Source of the DNA: Octopus bimaculoides
Lineage: Eukaryota
Length of the DNA stretch: 44,767 bases
Direction: 5' to 3'
Assembly: GCF_001194135.2 (NCBI RefSeq)
Contig: NC_068999.1
Location: forward strand, 5,494,598-5,539,364
The notes beneath the pieces are model-generated. The model did no database searches, was not told the origin of the DNA, and worked only from the letters and a program-made list of their open reading frames with translations. The position numbers and the translations under genes were made by a program. Positions 37,385 through 44,767 of the stretch are shown here, piece by piece; position 1 is the stretch's first letter; every line of letters starts with the position of its first letter.

Positions 37385-37752
37385 TTTTACTTGTTTCAGT
37401 CATTAGACTGCGGCCATGTGGGGACACCACACTGAAGAAATTCTCAGTCGAATGAATTGAATGCAGTACTTATCTTATCAATCCCTTTTACCGAACTGCT
37501 AAGTCATGAGGATGTAAACAAACCAACACCGGCAGTCGAGCAGAGGCGGGGGACAAACACAGACACACACATACATTGATATATATGCATCTGTACCATG
37601 GGTTTCTTTCAGTTTCCATATCTACCAAGTTCATTCACAAGGGTTTGGTCGACCCGAGGCTATAGTAGAAGACACTTGCCCAAGATGCTATGCAGTGGGA
37701 CTGAACCTAGAACCATGAGGTTGGGAAGCAAGCTTCTTACCACACAGTCACT
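37385..37752 (-). mobile_element. Composite SINE copy
   Basis: Reverse-complement tail 37385-37565, short TA/CA spacer, head 37595-37752. Confidence 0.88.
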
Positions 37753-37779
37753 CCTGATGACAATGACAACAGTGATGAC

Positions 37780-38640
37780 GATGATGATGATGGTGATGGT
37801 GATTAAAGCTTAGTAAACTATACTGACTTGACTAAAGTACATAGTATGACCAGGTGTCAGGAGGTGGTGGTGGTGGTGGTGGCAGCAGTAGCATGGTGTA
37901 GATTGGAGCTAGCGTCTGTGGAGGTGGTCACGTTGGTGCTGTTTAGTGTGGAGCAGAGATAGTGTCTGCGGCAGAGCAGTTGTGACAGCATAGTACGTAG
38001 TGGAGGTAGGGCCTATGGCATACAAAGGTGCTGGTGATGGTGGTGGTGGTGGTAGTGGTGGTGTGGGATGTCTTGGCTGGATGTCCATTCTCCTACTGAC
38101 CTACAGTCTGGCAGCACACAGGACATTTAATTGCTGTGTAGTAGTAGTAGTAGTGGTAGTAGTAGCAGTGATAGTGGTACTAATGATGACGCAGGTGGAT
38201 TTAAAGATGTTGATGATGATGATGATGGGTAGTTAATAACATTGGCTTAATTAGTAATTACAATGGTGACAGTGGTGACTGTAGTGTTGGTGGTGGGGGT
38301 GATGGCAGTGGTGATAGTGGTGGTGGTGATAGGAGTGGTGGCAGTAATGGTAGCGGTGGTGGTGGTGGTGGTGGTGTTGGCAGTAGTAACCCATCAATGT
38401 CAATAAGTGTGGTGGTATTGGTAGTAGTAGTAGTAGTGGTGGTGGTAGTGATGATATTTGTACTAATAGTAGTAGTAGTGATGGCAGTAGTAGTAGTGGT
38501 TGTGATGGTAGTAGTAATAGTGGTGGTGGTAGTACTAGTGGTGGTGGTGGTGGTAATAATACTTATAGCAGTGGCAGCAGCAGCAGCAATGGCAGTGGTA
38601 GTCATAGCGATCGTTGTGATGACAGAGGCAGATTTTCAAT
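37780..38640. repeat. Compound trinucleotide microsatellite (GGT/GTA/GAT/GCA)
   Basis: Directly visible; source of the poly-T, poly-V and poly-P pseudo-ORFs. Confidence 0.9.
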
Positions 38641-38924
38641 GATGTCAACACTGCTGTGTAATTAAATGGGTTGGTCGACCATTTGCCAAACTTTCACTCT
38701 TTGAATAATAATGGTAGGAGTAAAAAAACAACAAAAACACAGCAAAAGACAATTAATTAATTGTATAATTGTCTTGACATGAGTTCTTGTTAACGAGATA
38801 ATAAACTTCGCTAAAAAGTCTTGTACTAATTCTCTGTAGTTTGAGTTCAAGTGTCACCATGGTCAAATTGTTTTTTTTTTTTTATCCCTTTGGGGAGGGG
38901 CATTAATCCTTCACATCCTCCTTT

Positions 38925-39330
38925 TACTTGTTTCATTTATTAGACTGTGGCCAAGTTGGAGCACTGCGTCGAAGGGTTTTAATCCAACAGATCGAGCCCA
39001 AGACTTATTTTTTTTAAAGTAAATCTGGTAGTTATTCTGCCAGTTGTGTTTCAATTTTATTTTTACCAAATCACTAAGTTATAGGGATATAAATAAACCA
39101 ACACCAGTTTCAAGTGGTGTAGGGAAGAAACACAGACACAAAGATACACTCATGCACACACACACACATGATTGGCTTCCATAGTTCCATTACTAAATTT
39201 ACTGAAAAAACATTGGTCGACCCAGGGCTACAGAAGAAGACACTTGCCCAAGGTGCTGCACAGTGGGACTGGAACACAAACCCACAAGATTGCAAAGCAA
39301 GCATCCTAACCACATAGCCATTCCTACACC
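38925..39330 (-). mobile_element. Composite SINE copy
   Basis: Reverse-complement tail 38925-39140, (CA)n spacer, head 39170-39330. Confidence 0.82.
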
Positions 39331-39860
39331 TGTTGAAATTTTCCTAAGATCAAAAAAGCCCATTCCTCTAATGTTTCTATGACAAAACAAAAATGAATGA
39401 TAGAAGGGAAGATGAGTTCTTTCCCTTACTTCAGAGAATTCCTCATTGCAACCAAAATGAATGTAAACAAGGTTAGTATGTTTCTTGTTATATTGTGCGT
39501 TTCAAGACTGGCTGATTGATACATTCTGGAAATAAAGTAGCAAGTGGTGAAGTGGTAGAGTTGTTAGAGTCTTGGATGGAATACCTTGCAGTATTTGTTC
39601 TAACTTTCTGCGCTATGAGTTCAAATCCTGCTGCGGTCAGCTTTGCCTTTCATTCTTTTGTGGGGGCTCAGTGAAAAAGCAAAGGATCAGTTCAGGACAG
39701 TTTTTAGCATTCTGAGCCCTTGGGTGGCACGTAAATCAGTTACCAAGTTTAACATCACCACCATCGCCTCATCCTTGAGTTCACTCTGTTGCAAGCATCC
39801 ATATCAAATCTTTAGTGCGAGGGTACCCACCTCTCTTCCTTCCACGTATATACATATATA

Positions 39861-39912
<52 letters not shown>

Positions 39913-40039
39913 TATATATTTATACACACACACACATATGTATGTATATATAGATAAGAAAAGAAATGGAGCAACAATCAACAATTAGATGTTGATCATT
40001 GGTATAAAATGGCCATAGTTTAATTGTAGCAAAAGTAAT

Positions 40040-40117
40040 ATTTACAGCTGTTTCAGTTTGTTATTTTTGAGGTAAATTTGCATTTATCTTGTTCCATGTA
40101 ACAAACATCATCAGAAT
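40040..40117 (-). ncRNA. Minimal hammerhead motif on the ATP11 sense strand
   Basis: Minus strand ATT-CTGATGA-T-GTTTGTTA...TAACAAAC-T-GAAA-CAGCTG-TA/AAT. Stem II 8 bp perfect, palindromic stem III ACAGCTGT, GUA triplet, stem I only 3 bp. Confidence 0.55.
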
Positions 40118-40370
40118 GATTTAGAGTTTATCAGAGGAATATTGACAGGAAAAAAGGAAAAAGTTTGTTAAGTCTTTAGGCTTACATTTTTGTGTCCTTT
40201 AAAGGTTGCACGTGTGTGTACATTTCTTCAATTACATGAACGGAGCTCCATAGCAAGGCCTATACATAGTTGGGTAATACAACAGTAGTGACTACAGATA
40301 CATTTATCCCTTAGATGGTTGCATAACCACTAACTCAATTTTCTATAAGCATATATATATATATATATAT

Positions 40371-40670
40371 GTGGAGGTACAATGGCCCAGTAGTTAGGGC
40401 AGCTGACTCGCGGTCGGAGGATCGCAGTTTTGATTCCCAGACCGGGCGTTGTGTGTGTTTATTGAATGAAAACACTTAAAGCTCCACAAGGCTCCAGCAG
40501 GGGGTGGTGGCAACCCCTGTTGTAATCTTTCGCCCCAACTTTCTCTCACTCTTTCTTCCTGTTTTTTCAGTAAAGCTGCGATGGACTGGCATCCCATCCA
40601 GCTGGGGGGAACACATACGCCATAGAAACCGGGCCCATGAGCCTGGCTAGGCTTTAAAAAGGGTGCATAA
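40371..40670 (+). mobile_element. Same-head tRNA-derived SINE with a different tail
   Basis: Head and body match 9330-9528 up to ctttcttcctgttt, then diverge (gtaaagctgcgatggactggc...). Confidence 0.85.
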
Positions 40671-40885
40671 ATAAAATATATATATATCTTTATATATATA
40701 TGTGTGTGTGTGTATGTGTATATGATGTCATTTGTATATACATATTGATAGCATATGTATTCATATGTATTGATTGCATTTGGAGATCAAACTCATTGAA
40801 GCATGTAAATACTGAAGAATTTGTCATTCCCAAAGGTGAAGTCTAATGTTTTCTAAAGAATTATTATCTCAGAAGACATAATTAC

Positions 40886-40999
40886 CATTTCTTCACGGTT
40901 CTTCAAATCTTTTTTTGCTTCTGCAAGCTTTTGCTTGTATATCGTGTATTCTTCTTGCGTGAGTTTTTTCCTAGCAATTACCAAAGTACGTAGACCGAG
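40886..40999 (-). CDS. ATP11: ATP11-like exon (GLRTL motif)
   Basis: LGLRTLVIARKKLTQEEYTIYKQKLAEAKKDLKNREEM. tttag/gtaatt, 114 nt, phase 0/0. Too short for the ORF track. Confidence 0.95.
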
Positions 41000-41149
41000 C
41001 TAAAACAGATGGATAACACAAACATTAAAGATGAAGGAATGTGATTGGGGTTGCGTTTAAAATGAAGGCTAAAGGCAAACAGTTAATGGGCTGGAAGCCA
41101 ACTGGAAACAATGTTTCCTGGGGCTAAATAACAGTAGCATTCTTCCTTT

Positions 41150-41400
41150 TCCTGGGACTGCCATGACATCGCCTTACTGGCACTTGTGCCGGTGGCATGT
41201 GAACAAAACATTGGACTGCCGCCTGTGCAGGTGGCACGTAAAAAAACACCATTTGAGCATGTCCGTTGCCATCACCACCAGACTGGCCCTTGTGCCAGTG
41301 GCACATAAAAATCACCCACTGCACTCTTGGAGTGGTTGGCATTAGGAAGGGCATCCAGCTGTAGAAACTCTGCCAGATCAGATTAGAGTCTGGTGTAATA
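41150..41400 (+). mobile_element. RTE 3'-UTR fragment
   Basis: ggcattaggaagggcatccagctgtagaaactctgccagatcagatt, same family as 29181 and 30442. Confidence 0.8.
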
Positions 41401-41465
41401 ATAGCAATAATAATAACATTGAAAAACACCTTAGGAATGAGAACTCAGGTTCAAAATTCCCCCAA

Positions 41466-41511
41466 GACACCTGATGAAGGCTGGAGGGTATATTAGCCGA
41501 AACGTTGTGTT
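41466..41511 (+). ncRNA. Minimal type-I hammerhead motif in a Penelope-like fragment (~41420-41560)
   Basis: GACAC-CTGATGA-A-GGCTG-gagggtatat-TAGCC-GAAA-CGTT/GTGTT. Stem I 5 bp, stem II 5 bp, ACGT palindrome, GUU triplet. Confidence 0.62.
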
Positions 41512-41925
41512 AACAACAGACAAGATGAGGACAAATATCCGTCAAATGTAAATAATGTAAAAAAGGGCCCCTTATACACGTTAAAATACGGTATATGTGT
41601 GGGTGTGTGTATATATATATATATATGTATATATATTTACATACATGTACATATGGTGGCTTCTGTGATTTTTCTGTCAACCAAGTTCCACTCACATGGC
41701 ATCAGTCAATCCAAGACTATGCAAAAAGACATGGCGCTAAAAATGCTGTGTAGTGAGTAAGAGGTGGGGATTTCTGTATGTGTGAGGGGAGAGGAGTCAA
41801 CTTATGGTTGGATGGCCATGGCTGTAGTGTCACTGAGCATAGTTTGGCTCATTCAAAATCGATCTGTTGACTAAACAACAACAACAACAACTATATTTCC
41901 AGGTAAATATATAATATTATCTTAC

Positions 41926-42029
41926 CTTGGCATAGTAGTTTATTTGCTGGGAAATTAAACATTTGTGGCCGCTTACAATTCTATCCATTATGGAACATTC
42001 TGCACCCTTGCAGAGGAGGTAGATTTCAT
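41926..42029 (-). CDS. ATP11: ATP11-like exon (KGA motif)
   Basis: (N)EIYLLCKGAECSIMDRIVSGHKCLISQQINYYAK. tgcag/gtaaga, 104 nt, phase 1/0. Confidence 0.95.
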
Positions 42030-42100
42030 CTGCAAAAAACACATACACAGACATTATATACATGTACACACACACACACATATATATACATATATATATA

Positions 42101-42242
42101 TAGTAATACCCCACTTTACGAGGATCTGCTTTATGAGACCCCGGGTTTATGAGTTTTTACGAGTTTTATTTTCTGTTTATGAGTTTTTGCTGTACAAGCA
42201 TTTTTCCAGGAACGAATTAACTCACATATCAAGGCATTACTG
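42101..42242. mobile_element. Small Tigger-like MITE
   Basis: Left tagtaatacccc; right reverse complement cagtaatgcctt; TA flanks; ~140 bp. Confidence 0.55.
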
Positions 42243-42256
42243 TATATATGCGCATA

Positions 42257-42342
<86 letters not shown>

Positions 42343-42439
42343 TCAATGAACTTGATAGAAATAAAGAATTAAGTAAGAAATACTACAAAAATAATCATCC
42401 TACAAAAAACAAGTAAAAAGTGGGGCAAGCCCTTCTTAC

Positions 42440-42582
42440 TGTTTTCGTTTTTCACGACAACACTCATCCTCTTTCTGTCAGAATCAAAGTCAAAGCAATC
42501 GAGCAAGGTGTATCGTATCATCTGTCCTTGATATGACACCTGAAGTCTGGATTCATAAGTGCCATGGAACACTACCTCGTAC
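42440..42582 (-). CDS. ATP11: ATP11-like exon (N domain)
   Basis: (K)YEVVFHGTYESRLQVSYQGQMIRYTLLDCFDFDSDRKRMSVVVKNEN. tttag/gtaaga, 143 nt, phase 2/1. Confidence 0.96.
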
Positions 42583-42960
42583 CTAAACAAATACAAAAAA
42601 AAGTGCAAAGTAGAATCATTTTCATTTTTACTGGCAGAGTCTGGGGAAAAAATGGAAAATACCCATAATCTTTGCAGACCTTCTGAGATTGGTAAGGTTC
42701 ATGGTTCCCTGGACATCGGCACACTAAAGTTTCAACATCTAGCAACTGATTTCAAGGAAGCCCATAAGATTATCCATCATCTTTCCAACATCAACTTTGG
42801 CCCTCTTTTTGAATTTAAAATCTGTACCACCCATGGTCTTGCTTCTAAGAAAAAAACAGTTCAGCACCCATGACCTCTGGAAACATTTTGGGTATTAGTA
42901 GTAGGGGTGGGTAACATAAGTGATGTTGACCAAGGAGGTCATCACAAGAACACAACTTAC

Positions 42961-43130
42961 TTTCTGCAAGCATCAAGGAATGCTTTCTCATCGGGAGACG
43001 ATGCCTGGTAGCTGTATTCAATGCCTGAAACACTGTAATGTCTTCCTGTGGCGATGGACTTGAATTTGGAATAATCCACTCGGACGGTGTGACACAATGC
43101 CAGCACTTCAAAGAAATCTTGAACTTCTTG
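42961..43130 (-). CDS. ATP11: ATP11-like exon (N domain)
   Basis: QEVQDFFEVLALCHTV...YQASSPDEKAFLDACR+AA. ctgcag/gtaagt, 170 nt, phase 0/2. Confidence 0.95.
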
Positions 43131-43978
43131 CTGCAGAAAGGGAAAAGAAAAACAAAATGAATTGTGGAAAAAACATCAAAGATATATTTTGATGAAGGAC
43201 AGCTGTTGGGCTTTATACATTTTCCTTGATATACATACATACAAACATATATATATATACATACATATATACATATATAAACAAACATACATACATACAC
43301 ACCTATGCACACAGATACATATATACACATGCATATTTATATATGTACACACACACACACATATTTGCAAAAATGAATAGAAATGGCTTTTCTGATAATT
43401 TTGTCTCTTTAATAATTAGCATGGAAGGCAGATGTTAAATGATGATGAGGATAATGATGATGTATATATGTATGCACACATACATGAGGGTGATAAATTG
43501 AATATTAATTTAATTAACATCGGTAGAACTGTAAGCACGTCAAATTTTAAGAAGACGATTCGGGTATAGTTCTGCAAATTATAATTGAATTTAGAACGAT
43601 TGTACTGATGAACCACAGACGTTTTTACGTAAGTAAAAAAGTTGATGGGGAAACCGGTACACGATTAATTCTTTATTTTGTATATGTTTTCATTTCCGTC
43701 TTGCCTGCTTATGTTCTGGTGTCTGCTGAATTTTTTCTGGAGAACATTGTTTTTCTTTGTGGTTGTGTCGTTGATGACCTCTTTCTAGCATATCGGATGT
43801 CCACTTAGTGGTCATCCCTTCTTATACGCATGTATGCACACGCATGTATGTGTGTATGTGTGCTTGCGTACTCTAGTCCTAACACCACATGATGGCTGCA
43901 CATGGGCATTATTCATACACAAACAACATTGCTCATCTCCAATGCAAACATTAAATATGAAACCATAGAAATACTCAC

Positions 43979-44140
43979 GTTGAGGACCTTTACAGGTTCT
44001 GGATCGACCTCATGTACTTCTGGTTTTTCACACAGTTGGTCCTTAAAGTCTATGTAACACCTGTCTCCAATGATGCACTGTTGGAACTTCATGGAATTTT
44101 GTGTTAACGTACCAGTTTTGTCGGTGAACAAGTATTCTAC
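43979..44140 (-). CDS. ATP11: P4-ATPase (ATP11-like flippase) exon with the phosphorylation motif; first exon inside the window
   Basis: Translates VEYLFTDKTGTLTQNSMKFQQCIIGDRCYIDFKDQLCEKPEVHEVDPEPVKVLN. tgcag acceptor, gtgagt donor, 162 nt, phase 0/0. DKTGTLT is the P-type ATPase aspartyl-phosphate motif. Confidence 0.97.
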
Positions 44141-44358
44141 CTGCACACAATAATACAAACATTGATAGGTGAATAACAGCATTGTAGTTTGCTTGCAGCA
44201 TTGTAATATGAAAGAAGGTGAAAAGAGAGAAAATAGAGAGCTTCTGACAATGTGGAAAGTTTAATAATACCTTGCACCTGAAATATAAAGGTTTTGTTAA
44301 ACTTTGTCAGGAGCTGTCTATTTTCTCTCTTTTTACCTTATTGATTGGTGAGATTGAG

Positions 44359-44490
44359 TTGTTGTAAGATCATAGCATTTTGCGTTAATGTATCAGTTTC
44401 GTTGGTGAACAAGTTTTCTTTGCACACAAGATCAAAACATTTTATGTTAACACGTCAGTTTTGCTGGTGAAAAACTATTCTAGCAACACA
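44359..44490 (-). pseudogene. Two degenerate pseudo-exon copies of the start of the DKTGT exon
   Basis: 44359-44419 matches 44078-44138 at 49/61 nt; 44439-44488 matches the exon start at 38/50 nt (manual alignment). Confidence 0.85.
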
Positions 44491-44509
44491 TCGAAACAAA
44501 CATCAATAC

Positions 44510-44709
44510 TCTTTTACTTGTTTCAGTCATTTGACTGTGGCCATGCTGGAGCACCGCCTTTAGTCGAGCAAATCGACCCCAGGACTTAATCTTTGTAAGC
44601 TTAGTACTTATTCTCTCAGTCTCTCTTTTGCCGAACCGCTAAGTTACGGGGACGTAAACACACCAGCATTGGTTGTCAAGCGATGTTGGGGACACACACA
44701 CAGACACAC

Positions 44710-44748
<39 letters not shown>

Positions 44749-44767
44749 CGACGAGTTTCTTTCAGTT
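44510..44767 (-). mobile_element. Composite SINE copy running off the window
   Basis: cttttacttgtttcagtcatttgactgtggccatgctggagcaccgcc...(TA)n cgacgagtttctttcagtt. Confidence 0.88.

Noticed and set aside
591-44182. Most ORF-track entries (YIYIYI, VCVCV, THTHT, poly-X, poly-D/T/V)
   Set aside because: They are translations of (TA)n, (CA)n, (GA)n and trinucleotide repeats or of N gaps, with no splice or homology support.
44263-44295. Possible 7-nt minus-strand micro-exon (tttcag|GTGCAAG|gtatta)
   Set aside because: It would break the phase-0 junction expected before VEYLFTDKTGT; supported only by chance-level splice motifs.

Overview
AT-rich, microsatellite-dense, gapped eukaryotic DNA. The SINE/RTE repeat set looks like an octopod cephalopod (inference from repeat motifs, not a database hit). 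The window holds the 3' part of one minus-strand gene, a P4-type phospholipid flippase of the ATP11 group. I traced 17 consecutive exons (44140 down to 22820; 2055 nt, 685 aa) with GT-AG sites and matching phases, covering DKTGT, FDSDRKRMS, TGD, GDGAND and the C-terminal TM helices. The N-terminal exons lie beyond the right edge. A 28-nt micro-exon and a terminal exon probably finish the gene. Introns and flanks are filled with tRNA-derived SINEs, RTE and CR1/L2 LINE 3' ends, Tc1/mariner relics, MITEs and minisatellites. The most unexpected signal is a set of minimal type-I hammerhead-ribozyme motifs of the Penelope-element type, from several unrelated sequence families: one has a recurrent CUGUUGA core in three copies, two lie on the ATP11 sense strand, and one sits inside a 75-bp hairpin. 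Also notable are two degenerate copies of the catalytic DKTGT exon start, a frame-switching micro-exon and a 30-bp hairpin array. Nearly all ORF-track entries outside the exons and transposon relics are microsatellite or N-gap artefacts.
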